Shown here: in pieces, positions 34,449-45,730 of the stretch | How the letters are laid out: the number at the start of each line of letters is the position of its first letter | How positions within the stretch are numbered: the stretch's first letter is position 1 | Assembly (NCBI GenBank): GCA_000004985.1 | Contig: GG738870.1 | Strand: one strand, 5' to 3' | Length of the DNA: 64,000 nucleotides | Source: Naegleria gruberi | Lineage: Eukaryota | Translations under genes and position numbers: made by a program | The notes under the pieces: generated by a model | Told to the model about the DNA's origin: nothing | The model's database searches: none | The model's input: only the letters and a program-made list of their open reading frames with translations

Positions 34449-34880
34449 TTCTTTTTGTTTTTAAATTCCTGAAAAACAACGCTGTTTGATGTTCTATTAA
34501 TACATAATTAATTTTCTCAACGTTTCCTTGTTGCCTTACAAGTTGAACAGGTAACAAACATTTAAAAATAGAATTTGTGTTCCACTTCCGAAACAACAAA
34601 AAATGATTTGTGCTAGCGCTATTACACTTCCGAAGTCAATAATTTGTGCGTGCTTGAGTTTTGCATTTGGATTGAATGAGGAGGAATTGAGAATTGTGGA
34701 TGGCTTTCATATCGTCTATTGTTTACACTGAATTGTTCAATAAACATTTAAGATATTATTCCTTAAAAGGTTCAAAAAAACATTTATATTTGAAGAATTG
34801 ACTTTTTCAATTCTTTCCAATTTCTTATAAATTTACCTTCTCTGCTTCTTTCATAATCCAATAACAAATTTGAAACAAAA

Positions 34881-35274
34881 ATGAAAAGAACTTGTTTGGT
34901 AGCGCTCTTCTTCTTCCTTGGCTTATTATCTTTTGCATTGGGACAATACAATAATGCATATGGAGGTGCCTATGGATACAATGGAGGTGCTGGTAAGTGC
35001 TTTTAAGATTTTCGATTAATTGATTCAAAATCATGTAATTTTAATGAGATTAGGTTCAAACTATGGAGTGGCAGGTGGAAATTACAATCAATATGCACAA
35101 AATACTCAAGCTTATTCTAATCAAATAAGTGCAATTTCCTATAATCCATATAGTAGTTATGGTTCTTATTATAATGGACCATACAGTTATGGTAATAATT
35201 ATGGTTCTGCCTATTCAATGCCTTATTATGGAGTCCCATACTATGGAGGATACTATCCATATAGATATTGGTAA
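34881..35274 (+). CDS. Secreted Tyr/Gly/Asn-rich small protein (about 105 aa); 2 exons
   Basis: The ATG at 34881 starts MKRTCLVALFFFLGLLSFALG, a signal peptide. Exon 1 (34881..34992) ends at phase 1 on a GTAAGT donor. A 61-nt intron with a TAG acceptor gives exon 2 (35054..35274), made of Y-G-N-S repeats (YGSYYNGPYSYGNNYGSAYSMPYYGVPYYGGYYPYRYW*). Confidence 0.55.
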
Positions 35275-35372
35275 ATAATTCGTGATTTGAATAAATGTTG
35301 TGTGTGAATATTTTGTAAACGATTAAATTCTCAAAAAAAATGCTCAACAAGTAAAGAATAACCAATCGGATC

Positions 35373-36526
35373 ATGCAACAAGACAAAGATAACAAGAAAG
35401 ATAATCAACAACCAATTGATTTTCAAAAAATTAGAGAAAAAATTGATGAAATTCCGCAAGATGTTTTCTATCAAGTGAATGATGATATTGATGAAGATTT
35501 AATTAGGAAAAAAATTGAAAAGGACGCTGAACAAATTGCTAATCAGAAAATTAAATTAATGTTAAAGAAATTGGAGGAAATTCAATTTGATTCAATTAAA
35601 AAGTATTATAAGGAAAAACCAATTTTAGAAGAGGAAAGAAGAAGAGCAGAGTTGGAAAAACAACAAGAATTATTTTACAAACAAGAGAGAGAAAGGTTAC
35701 TAAAACAACAAGAGGAAGAGGAAAAGAAAAAAAATGAAGAGTTGAAGATAAAAAAGGAGAAGGATTTTATGCATTACAAGAATTATATTGATAATCTTCA
35801 TGATGAAATTGGCAGGTTAACAAGTAATATTATTGAAAATCCAACAGCTCCTTCGCTGATTGACCTGTATGATAAAAAGAATGATCACCCCTTTACTGCC
35901 CAAATACTGCATCAATTTGAAATGGAAGGAATTATTGAAAATCCTACACTCAAACAAGAGCAGGATGATGATAGTATAATCAACTCTAGATTTGCTGAAC
36001 AAAAAAGAAGAGAGGCAATGTTATTGAACCATTCTGAAGAAACTGCCCAAAAGAAGGAAGAAAGAGAAATTGATCTTAATCCTCTCAAGCAGACTTTGTA
36101 AGTTTTCAATTTTACAAATTTAATATTGAAAATTATTTCAGAAGCAAGTATGGCATTAAGGGTTTGAACGAATATTTAGATAAGACAATTGAAGAGAAAA
36201 CCAGAGCGTTCAAATTAGCAGAAGAAGAAATGCGAATGAATGAACTTCTTTTCATATTGAACATGTTGAAGGGTGGAAAAAAATTGAATAAGAATTGGAT
36301 TTCACAAGTTTCTTCAAATAGTGAAACATGGATAGAATTCTTTTCTAAAAATTATCAATCCAAAGAGGAGAAATTAATTTCTACAAATCTAGTGCCAGAA
36401 CAAGATCAAACGATATTGAGTCAGGAGCAACTAGCGTCCCAAAAAGAAAAAAGAATGTACCAATTCAATAACCCCCTATTCACAGAGGAGAGCGTGACTA
36501 ATTTTGTTAGGGCTTCAAAATTATAA
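35373..36526 (+). CDS. Charged coiled-coil protein, hypothetical; 2 exons
   Basis: Exon 1 (35373..36097) ends at phase 2 on a GTAAGT donor. A 44-nt intron with a CAG acceptor gives exon 2 (36142..36526). The protein is rich in E/K/R/Q with a heptad character. I assign no family. Confidence 0.5.
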
Positions 36527-36580
36527 AGGAAAGTGTATTAAGAAAACCATACCATTGATGCATCAATTATCTCAATATGA

Positions 36581-36651
36581 AGGGAGATAGTTCAGTGGTA
36601 GAACATGGGATTGTGGTTCCTAAGATCAGGGTTCGATTCCCTGTCTTCCTA
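36581..36651 (+). tRNA. tRNA-His (anticodon GTG)
   Basis: The sequence folds as a cloverleaf: acceptor AGGGAGA/TCTTCCT, D arm GTTC/GAAC, anticodon stem TGGGA/TCCTA with loop TTGTGGT (GTG at 34-36), T arm CAGGG-TTCGATT-CCCTG, and discriminator A. There is no genomically encoded G-1 (A at -1). A T5 run starts 5 nt downstream. Confidence 0.9.
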
Positions 36652-36655
36652 CACC

Positions 36656-36660
36656 TTTTT
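36656..36660 (+). terminator. Pol III T-run terminator for tRNA-His copy 1
   Basis: TTTTT lies 4 nt after the discriminator base. Confidence 0.6.
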
Positions 36661-37546
36661 AACAGCGTAATTTTGAATATGGTTGGTAAATAAGATTTGC
36701 TTGAATACTTAGTTGCGTCTAGACTACATTAACCACAAATTGTTTTTATTGGTCCAAAATCAAGTTTGACTAATCTTTATAATAAATTCACAGATACTGT
36801 AACTCATTCCTATCTTGATTCTTCAGAATTAGTAAATATAGGTTCTCTCTTATTGTACTTTATATTAATTAGATTGTAAAATGAGATAAAACAATTTTGC
36901 CAATTTTCTTTCTTCATTGACTAGGATTACTCGTCTGTTACGTTATTAATAAAATTTAGACCAATAACGGTTCCAAACTAATTAACTATCTGAATACATG
37001 TTCCTTTTATCTGCATAGACCTATAGCCAATGAATATATCAAACAACTAACAAACGAAGACCTTAACATCTCCATTCTAATCCAACTCAAATTGTTGAAT
37101 GCTTCAAAAAAGAACAACTTGAAAAGATAACAGTAACAAAACAACTACTTGATGTTTAACCTTTTCATTGTAAAGTCTTTCATCAAACAACAAATAGATG
37201 TGAAAGTTGATAATCAACAATCAATACCTCACTTTTTTTTAAAATTCTTTAGTGGTGATTTTTTAAAATATCCAAAAATGAACCCGATTAACCGCTTGTG
37301 GCCTCTATCAAATTTTTTAGGCGCCATCTCGAACAAATAAGTCACTGACAAAGGAGGTTGTGCCATCAAATTCGCCTTATAAAGCTCTTATTAAGTTTGT
37401 TAGAATTTGTTGAGGTAAAATTTGATTCTTTAGTTTGATCCAAGAAGCTTGTTGAAGTACGTCCCCGTTGTTGTAATTCACTATAAAACGCTACTGGTTA
37501 GCTTCTAAAAAAAAGCACACAACAACAACAAATATAAACCTTAACA

Positions 37547-38524
37547 ATGCACAACAACTCTATTCACGAATATTTCCACGGTGTTCAATTGGCCGAATTG
37601 ATTCCTGCTGGTCAAAAGCTCGTCGTCTTGAAGGAAGATGAAACCCTCCAAGAAGTTGTTAATCAATTGTCTACCCACCATCTCTTGGCTGCTCCCGTTG
37701 TTGATAAGCAAGGAAAGTTGGTCGGTATGCTCTCAATGCTCGACATTGTTCAATTCATTGTTGCTTCCTCACCAGAAAATGTTGATTTCAAGAATTGGCA
37801 AGAACTCGAAATCTCAGGAAGATGTATTAACTTGCAAACTGTTAAGCACGTTATGGGATTCTCTGCTAGAGATCAATACATGCCATTGAAGAGCAATCTC
37901 CCAGCCACTATGGCTATTGAATTGTTCGCCAAGGGTGTCCACAGAGCTATTGTAGAAGAAGACGTCACCACTGATAAATATATTGGTACTTTGTCTCAAA
38001 CTGATATCCTCAAGAGATTGGCTGAACACCTCCACATGGGTAAGATGAAGCAATTGGGTGAACAATTGGTTAAGGATTTAGGTTTGGGTTTGGCTAAGCC
38101 AGTTACCATTGACGGAAGTGAAAATGTTTTGCACGCCATGAAGGAATTGGCTAAGGCTAATGTTTCTGCTCTCCCAGTTGTTGATCACCACGGTCACTTA
38201 GTTGGTAACTTCTCTGCTTCCGATTTGAGAGGTTTCTACTTGGACAGAATTCCACACTTTGAACTTACCACTCGTACCTTCTTGGAAAAGTACTCACCAA
38301 AGTCTTTGGTTCCATTCTTTGTTGAATTGGATGGTTTGAAGTTTGTTGATTTGGTCAAGAAGTTGACTCACCCAGAAATTCATGATGTTATCCACTCTCA
38401 AACTGTTAAGGTTGACCATTCCATGCACAGAGTTTGGGTTGTTTCTGATGAAAGAAAGGTTGTTGGTGTTATCACTCTCACTGATATCATGAAGGTTATT
38501 ATTGACCATGTTGAAATGGACTAA
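37547..38524 (+). CDS. AMP-activated protein kinase gamma subunit (Snf4-like), 4 CBS domains
   Basis: This is a single ORF with its ATG at 37547. It has four CBS motifs (for example HHLLAAPVVDKQGKLVGMLSMLDIV and VSALPVVDHHGHLVGNFSASDL), and its length and order match the AMPK gamma core. Confidence 0.85.
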   Translation: MHNNSIHEYFHGVQLAELIPAGQKLVVLKEDETLQEVVNQLSTHHLLAAPVVDKQGKLVGMLSMLDIVQFIVASSPENVDFKNWQELEISGRCINLQTVKHVMGFSARDQYMPLKSNLPATMAIELFAKGVHRAIVEEDVTTDKYIGTLSQTDILKRLAEHLHMGKMKQLGEQLVKDLGLGLAKPVTIDGSENVLHAMKELAKANVSALPVVDHHGHLVGNFSASDLRGFYLDRIPHFELTTRTFLEKYSPKSLVPFFVELDGLKFVDLVKKLTHPEIHDVIHSQTVKVDHSMHRVWVVSDERKVVGVITLTDIMKVIIDHVEMD

Positions 38525-38667
38525 ATTAATTATTCTAACTTATTGGTGGAATTTATTTTACTAAATTATCGAGAAATTTTACCTTAATAAAAATAAAAAA
38601 AATTCATAAAATAGTAATTTGGAACAAATTTTGCAGAGCTGGTTGATACAAGTTTTTGATTTGACAT

Positions 38668-40227
38668 TTAATGTACTAACTGTATTTTAAATTTCACAAT
38701 TCCATCATAATCAATATTGACCAGTTTGATTCTCAATTTCTTTTCTCCAATTCTATGATAGAAAATTCTATCCTCAAACAATTCTACAGATGGACTAATT
38801 TCTCCAAATAATTGAAGAACTCTATTGGATGCATCCTTTCTTACTTGTATGTCAGCTTCAATGCTTTCAAACACCTGATCACATCCGGCAGCCAATACTT
38901 CTAAAGTAACATTTTTTAGATGAGGAATACCTTCGAATAGTTGTGTGAGAGTAAGCTCTTCTAATTCAGAGTCAAGAAGGTACAAAGTTTCAAGATTTGG
39001 AAACTTTTTGTTTGCCAATTCAACAAATCCTTGCTCAACATTTTCATCATTGTCCCGTTCTTCCTCTTCTTGATGTTCCTCGTCCTCAGCTTCATTCTTA
39101 ATGTAGCCAAATCTTGCCCATGTTAATCCTTTAAGTTTAGGGAATAATTCTTTTAAAACTCCATCATCATCACAGCCACTAAACTCATCAAAATTGAAAT
39201 CAAACTTTTTAAGTTTTGTCAACTTGTCAAGATCTAATAAGTGTTCACCATAAGGTAACCCGTCAAATAGGTTAAGAGACTCAAGGCTATGTAGTTGATT
39301 AGTAATAATTGGAAGATTATCTGATTCATTCAAATAACGCTCTCCAAAAGTGAGGTCACTAAGTTTTTTACAATGTTCTACAAGTCCTAAAAACACAGCA
39401 TTTTCATATGCCATGCAATATCCCATTTTCAACTTTCTCAAATTTGGTGCATGCTTGAATAAACTCACTAGTGTAGTAGAACTAAATGATTCATTTCCAC
39501 TAACAACATCAAAATATTCCAAATTTTCTAGAATAGGGAAAGAATCTCCAATTTCATATTCGCCTAAATCAATTCTAAGTTTCTTTAATTTGGGCATGCC
39601 AGTAAAAATACAATCTAAAATCTTGTTTGGAAATAGACTACCAAAGATTAATATTTCCAATTCTTTCAATCTAGAGATCCATTCAGTAAAAACATCCAAT
39701 TGTTCTTCATCCCTTAAAAAAACAATAAATGAATTTGCCAATCTCAATTCTTTCAACCCATCAAAAACACCAGAACTAATACATCTCTTGAAAAATTCAC
39801 TTGTTAATTCGAAACTCAATGACTCATTATATTCATCAATAGAGCCCAAATGCAAAACTTTACATCCATTCTTTGGTGAAACATTGATAATGTAATCGAG
39901 CAATCTATTCAAATAATCCCTATCGAACTTTCTAATTTTGAGAAAGGAACTTGTAGGATACCCATCTTTCACTGCAATGCTAACTCTTTCATAAACTAAA
40001 CTCTTTCCTTCACCACCTCCCAAAATATTGTAAAACATTTTACAAACTGGCATTACATTTGGCAGCAATTCCCTAGTTGCTTCAAGATATGTAAACACAT
40101 GAGCCCAAACATCAGAAACAATCCTTCCAACAGGTTCATGATTAGATTTCAACATGATCAACGATTCCGACTTGTAAGTTTTGCTGATCTTGTTATTTTC
40201 TTCAATAGTTTCAAGTTGTCGTTTCAT
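38668..40227 (-). CDS. F-box-like/leucine-rich-repeat protein
   Basis: This is a single ORF with its ATG at 40227. It has an N-terminal F-box-like stretch (IVSDVWAHVFTYLEATRELLPNVMPVCKMFYNIL), multiple LRR units (LxxLxLxxC/N pattern) and an acidic insert. The plus-strand ORF 39350..39895 is antisense to it. Confidence 0.7.
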   Translation of the reverse strand: MKRQLETIEENNKISKTYKSESLIMLKSNHEPVGRIVSDVWAHVFTYLEATRELLPNVMPVCKMFYNILGGGEGKSLVYERVSIAVKDGYPTSSFLKIRKFDRDYLNRLLDYIINVSPKNGCKVLHLGSIDEYNESLSFELTSEFFKRCISSGVFDGLKELRLANSFIVFLRDEEQLDVFTEWISRLKELEILIFGSLFPNKILDCIFTGMPKLKKLRIDLGEYEIGDSFPILENLEYFDVVSGNESFSSTTLVSLFKHAPNLRKLKMGYCMAYENAVFLGLVEHCKKLSDLTFGERYLNESDNLPIITNQLHSLESLNLFDGLPYGEHLLDLDKLTKLKKFDFNFDEFSGCDDDGVLKELFPKLKGLTWARFGYIKNEAEDEEHQEEEERDNDENVEQGFVELANKKFPNLETLYLLDSELEELTLTQLFEGIPHLKNVTLEVLAAGCDQVFESIEADIQVRKDASNRVLQLFGEISPSVELFEDRIFYHRIGEKKLRIKLVNIDYDGIVKFKIQLVH

Positions 40228-40469
40228 TTTTTTTGGGTTTGTGTTTTCAAAATAATTTTGGCGCCAAACAATAAAACTAACTCCGACGGTAAACTGATTT
40301 TAACGTGTTACCTCTTGGAGTAATCCAATTATTCAATGATTTTCAAAGAACATAACACTTGAAAGTGTTGAAATTGGAATCAAATGGCTCATCATACAAC
40401 TGTGTTATTGTAAAGTATTACCACACAAAGAAGCTCTTCAATTTTGATATTTAATTTTTAATCAAAAAA

Positions 40470-41261
40470 ATGTCTCGTAGCTGCCACACACGTCTCGCCC
40501 ACAAACAAATGCTCAACGATTTGATCGACGATATAAAAAACGTTTTCGAAAGTGATTTAATTGTACAAGTTAGCGAAGCTCTTGGAGGTGCTCTATTTTT
40601 CTATCTCGATAAAAAGAATTCTAAATTTCACCTCTCACTATCCTATTCCTTCTCTGGTATGCAAAAATTTCATGTCTTTTCCTTCCAAGTAATTCACAAA
40701 AATGTACAGGATAGACAATTAGTAATTTCTATTCATTTACAAAAAGGAAAAAATATTTCAGAGCAGTCAACTCTGTTTATTGGAAGAGGAGAAAAGAATT
40801 CTAAAAAGATTTATCTAGTTAAGATTGAACCTTCTTTTAGTAGTTTGTCGTTGGCTAAATTGAATAAGAAACTTTTCACACCATTCGGAAGAAAGAGGAA
40901 ATTGGATGCTTTTGATAATGTGAAAGCTAAATTCCTAATGATTAACATGAATCTTTTTCTTGTGGAGGAGGAAAATCATGCTATACAGGAGGAATGCACA
41001 TATATTATGAATAATCACTGGGGATACTGTGGTCTAAATGATTTATATTCATATTCAAGTCTACAATTCCAATATTGTGTTTTTAATAGAGAAAATTACT
41101 ATGTGAAAGGTAGTGTCACTAAATCTGTAGATGGTCATAAGAGATTTGGTTTTAACAAAATACCTTCCACAGCAAAATGTGATCGATGGAGAAGATTGGT
41201 AAAGCCAGAGAATGATTCGGAAACTAGATGGACTAAATCTGTTGGATTTTATTGCGAATGA
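40470..41261 (+). CDS. Hypothetical protein (263 aa)
   Basis: There is an ATG-initiated ORF with host-like codon usage. I did not recognise any family. Confidence 0.4.
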   Translation: MSRSCHTRLAHKQMLNDLIDDIKNVFESDLIVQVSEALGGALFFYLDKKNSKFHLSLSYSFSGMQKFHVFSFQVIHKNVQDRQLVISIHLQKGKNISEQSTLFIGRGEKNSKKIYLVKIEPSFSSLSLAKLNKKLFTPFGRKRKLDAFDNVKAKFLMINMNLFLVEEENHAIQEECTYIMNNHWGYCGLNDLYSYSSLQFQYCVFNRENYYVKGSVTKSVDGHKRFGFNKIPSTAKCDRWRRLVKPENDSETRWTKSVGFYCE

Positions 41262-41398
41262 ATTTTCATTTCAATTTCTCTTGAGAAATATGTGGCAGAA
41301 GTTACATAAAGATTGTCCTTATAATAAAAATCGAGTGGACAGAGAGAAGTGCCACACTTTGTGGTTAATGTAGTCTTGATCTTATTTACCAAGCTGTC

Positions 41399-41404
41399 AA
41401 AAAA
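41399..41404 (-). terminator. Pol III T-run terminator for tRNA-His copy 2
   Basis: TTTTTT on the minus strand lies 4 nt after the discriminator base. Confidence 0.6.
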
Positions 41405-41407
41405 GGT

Positions 41408-41478
41408 GTAGGAAGACAGGGAATCGAACCCTGATCTTAGGAACCACAATCCCATGTTCTACCACTGAACTATCTCCC
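41408..41478 (-). tRNA. tRNA-His (anticodon GTG), inverted identical copy
   Basis: This is the exact reverse complement of 36581..36651, with all 71 positions identical. The -1 position is again A, and a T6 run follows on the minus strand at 41399..41404. Confidence 0.9.
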
Positions 41479-41640
41479 TTCATGTTATAGAGAATCCAAG
41501 CCAAGCATTGATGATAATAAAATAATGATTAAAAATAGATTCGAAAAAAATTATTCATACAAGACGAAGATCACATACAAAAAATTACCGTCATCAAGAT
41601 AATATTTAGGGCTGAATAATTATTAACTTAAATTTTAACA

Positions 41641-44600
41641 ATGCCCTATAACACTAGACATCATTCTACTCCACGTGGATCATATTCCAAATTTTTTGAT
41701 GATGCTGAAGAGGAAGAAGAAGAAGAAGAAGAAGCCCAAACTAGAAAGGTAGGTTTTATACAATTACTCTTTGACCATATATCAAACATATCAATAGCCT
41801 CCGACAAGGAGAACAAGTACAAGGTCAAGTCATAGAAATTCATCAAGTGATAGTGAGGAAATAGATGATCTGACATCTAAACGATCAACAAGACAAAATA
41901 AACCAAGACATAACAGAATAGAACAGGAAGAACCTGAGGATGAGTATTCCGAAAGTATTGCTTCTTCAAGACCAAAAAGAACACCAAAAAAAACAACATA
42001 TACTGATTTTTATACGGAAGACTATGATGAAAATTCGGATAAGGAAACTCCAAAATCATCAAGGAAAAAAGCACCAGCAAGAAGAACAACTGGCACTAAA
42101 GTACAAATTAAAAGGGAATTAATTGAAGCACATACTAGTGAAATCCCGAATCCAACAATTGTACAACAGCCATCCGAACAAGTTGAAACATCAGTAATAA
42201 CTTCTGGTGTTATTGATGACGTATTTAAAGATATTATTCCAAATAATCAACCTATCACTACTGAACAAAACAGTATACCAACTATGGAATTTCCAACTAG
42301 TACCGTACCACCAAGTAATATGGAATTTGATACATCACTCAACAGAAGCCAAAGTGCTATTTCAGAGCAAAGTGATGATCATAAAGGCAAAAAAAGAAAA
42401 AAGAATGAGGAGGATGAGGATTTCGTTATGGATGATGATGAACCAGAGGAGGAAGAAGCCATTGAAGTATCTGATGAAGCTTTATCAGATGCTATTTCTT
42501 CCAATGATGAATTAGAAATGAGACCAACAAGAAGTAGAAAAAAGCCAAAATTTATTGTGGATGATGATGAGGAATTGGAAGAAACAGAAACACCAAAAGA
42601 GAATGGAAAGGATATTAAAAAGAGATTAAGGCCAAGAACCCAAGCTCAACTTAATCCTTATAGCCACCCTATTCCAAATATTGACAATATTGAAATTCCA
42701 TCAAAGAGTACTATGATAAAGGAACAACAAGAACTCTTGGCACCTTTAGATTCCTTAACATTCCAATTTTCAGAGTCTGAATCAGAATCTGACAACGATG
42801 AAACAGGTTTGGTCAATCCAGCATTTGGTAAGAAAGGAGAATATGATCACATTAAGCCAATCAATATTGAACAACTTAAAAAGAAACCATCTGCTGATAT
42901 TGATCCAGTTTTTTCCAAACCTGTTGGATTTGACATGGTTGGTGGTCTTCATAAGCACATTAATGCATTGAAAGAAATGGTAGTATTACCCCTTTTATAT
43001 CCAGAAGTATTTAACAAATTTGATATTACTCCTCCAAGAGGTGTCATATTTTATGGTCCACCTGGTACGGTAAGTTTTGAAATCAGATATATTGTAATAT
43101 TAACAACTAATTTTAGGGTAAAACACTTGTTGCTAGAGCTCTTGCTAGCACCTGTGGTACTGGAACAGATGGAAACAAACCTATTGCCTTCTTTATGCGT
43201 AAAGGTGCTGATATCCTCAGTAAATGGGTTGGTGAAGCTGAAAAACAATTAAGACTTTTGTTTGATGAAGCAAAGAGACTTCAACCTTCCATTATTTTCT
43301 TTGATGAAATCGATGGTTTAGCACCAGTAAGATCATCAAAACAAGATTACATTCACAGCTCAATTGTATCAACTCTTCTTGCACTTATGGATGGTTTAGA
43401 TAGTAGAGGTCAAGTCGTGGTAATCGGAGCCACTAATAGAATAGACTCTATTGATCCAGCTCTTAGAAGACCAGGAAGATTTGACAGAGAGTTACTGTTT
43501 ACTCTTCCTTCTAAAAAAGCAAGAAAAGAAATTTTACAAATTCATACTAAGAATTGGGTACCTCAAATACCAGACGATCTGAAAAATTACATTTCTCTAA
43601 AATCTGTTGGATATTGTGGAGCTGACATTAAAGCACTCTGTGCTGAATCTGCTCTTAACGCTCTTAAAAGATCCTACCCACAAGTTTATACCAGTCAATC
43701 AAGATTAGTTCTTGAGCTTGATACAGTAGAAGTTACGAAGGTAGATTTCCTAAGAGCAATGAAATCAATAGTACCAGCATCACATAGAAATGCCGTAATT
43801 CATGCATCTCCTCTTCCAACTCAACTTGCTCCTTGCCTAAGCCAAAAATTAGAAATGGTTTTGAGAATATGTACAGATGCCTTCCCATTATGTATCAAAA
43901 CCCTAGAGGATAAAGTTGATAATGAAGACCTCGTAATAGAAACTGGTCCAATTTTGGATGATTTTGAAGGAGTAGATGAAAAAACATTTGAAAGCAATTC
44001 AAACGATTTCTTTATCAATCCTCCAACATTCAGACCTTGGGTCTTGATTCACGGACAAAAAGGAATGGGTCAAAATCTTATTGCAAGTGCAGTTTTGTAT
44101 AGTTTAGAAGAGTTCCCATTGTTCTCCCTAAGATATGAAAACCTTATTTCGAATACCTCATCTAGGAGCGAAATTGAAGCAATTATTAATATTATTGCCG
44201 ACTCTAGAAAGAATTCACCATCTATCCTTTGGCTTCCTAATCTTGATGAGTGGTTTGAAAAGAGTACAGATTTAATGAAATCTACTTTGATTTCACTCCT
44301 CAATGAGATACCCTCCTCTGTATATGTGTTCGTCCTTGCTACTTGTAACTACTCTTCTGAAGAATTACCACAAGAATTCACTGAATTATTTGCTGATTAT
44401 AGATTTGAAGTTAGCTCACCATCCAAAGACGAAAGAGTTGAAATGTTCAAACCTATTCTTGCTGATATTGTTAGATCTCCACTTAAGAAAACAAAGGTTA
44501 AGAAAGTTTATCCAACTTTACGTTTGGCTCCTCCAAAAGAACAAAAATCCTCAGAAATCGAGCCAAGCAAAGAAAAGAAATTGCAAAAGCAAGAGAAAGT

Positions 44601-45591
44601 CTATCTGAAAGACTTGAGAAGTGCACTTCGTGAAATTATAACTAGAATTATGGCAAATAAGGTATATACAGTATTTTTGAAACCTTCAAATGAGGAGCAA
44701 AGAAAGTTAATTCCTGATTCATCCAATGAGGAAGATGTTAAAATTTATCTAGTTGATATTTTATTTAAATTGGAAGCTAAGAAGTATAATACAGTTAAAG
44801 AATTCGCAAAAGACATTGAAAAGATTGTTAGAAACGCAGAATCCTACATAAAACAACCAGCTAAGTATATTGATAGACTTACAGTGAAGAGTAAGGGTAA
44901 TGCTCTTTATGACTCTGTAAGACAAGCAATCAAATTACAAATTTCAGAAGAATTAGCCAGAAAATGTAAACATATTGCCAAGAGAAGGATGTTACACGCA
45001 CCTCAACATCAAGATTCAGATGAGGGAACAGAAGAGGTAACAGAAGTTGGACCAGGAACAAAGGAAAAAGATCCAATAATTATTGATGAACAAATGACAG
45101 ATGCCCCAGCAGAAGGAGGAGAACCAAATGACAAACAAATGGATATTAGTGATCCAGTAGTATCTACTATTGAAACAACACCAGTTACCACCACTACTAC
45201 TGACTCTAATCCTTCAACTAGTAATAGCATTGAGAATACATGTGTGCTCACAACAACAGCACCACCTGTTGCCGAGTATCACACTCCTGAAGCAGAACAA
45301 CAGACTATTGCTCTACTTCCTCCTATTGCAACATCATCAGTAGCACTTGAAATCCCAATTATTGTTGAGGAAGAAGTAGAACAACCAGAAGTACCAGTTT
45401 GTGTCGACCACGATCGTATGAATAATTGGTTTGACAACCTTATCGCTCTCACTGAAAGTACCTCTCTAGAGGCACTCGACAAGGTCTTCAGTGTAGTATA
45501 CAAGAGCATCTATCGATACAGATTTACAGCTGATAGAAACCCATTAATGGAAGAACTTGAACGTTATGGCCGAACATTTGAAAAAAAATAA
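41641..45591 (+). CDS. ATAD2: ATAD2/Yta7-type AAA+ ATPase with a C-terminal bromodomain-like region; 3 exons
   Basis: Exon 1 (41641..41748) reads MPYNTRHH...EEEEEEEEEAQTRK and ends on a GTAGGT donor. A 49-nt intron leads to exon 2 (41798..43069), a single stop-free frame (the track shows only its ATG-initiated part at 42284..43252) that ends ...FYGPPGT on a GTAAGT donor. A 47-nt intron with a TAG acceptor leads to exon 3 (43117..45591). Long stretches are identical to human ATAD2 across Walker A/B, sensor 1 and the arginine finger (FDMVGGL, GPPGTGKTLVARALA, IIFFDEIDGLAPVRSS, VVIGATNRIDSIDPALRRPGRFDRE). A second degenerate AAA region and a bromodomain-like helix bundle near residue 1000 follow. 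Confidence 0.85.
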
Positions 45592-45730
45592 AACACCCTT
45601 AACGACCACTTTACCTCTCCCCTATTAATTTTACTGTAAATTTAAAATTTTGAGAGAGAAATAGAGAACATCAACAACAACTTGCTCGGAATAGATTATC
45701 ATCATCATAGATACTTAATCTGCTTGGGAA

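Noticed and set aside
39350-39895. The plus-strand ORF of 181 aa lies inside the F-box/LRR gene.
   Set aside because: It is antisense to a 519-aa minus-strand ORF that has clear F-box and LRR signatures. Its composition is driven by the complement of Leu codons.
41870-42283. The ATAD2 region appeared fragmented into three track ORFs: 41940..42122, 42207..42515 and 42284..43252.
   Set aside because: The 42284 frame is actually stop-free back to the TAG acceptor at 41795-41797. It simply contains no ATG, TTG or GTG codon, so the ORF finder truncated it. The other two ORFs are off-frame, and a single exon 2 (41798..43069) explains the region.
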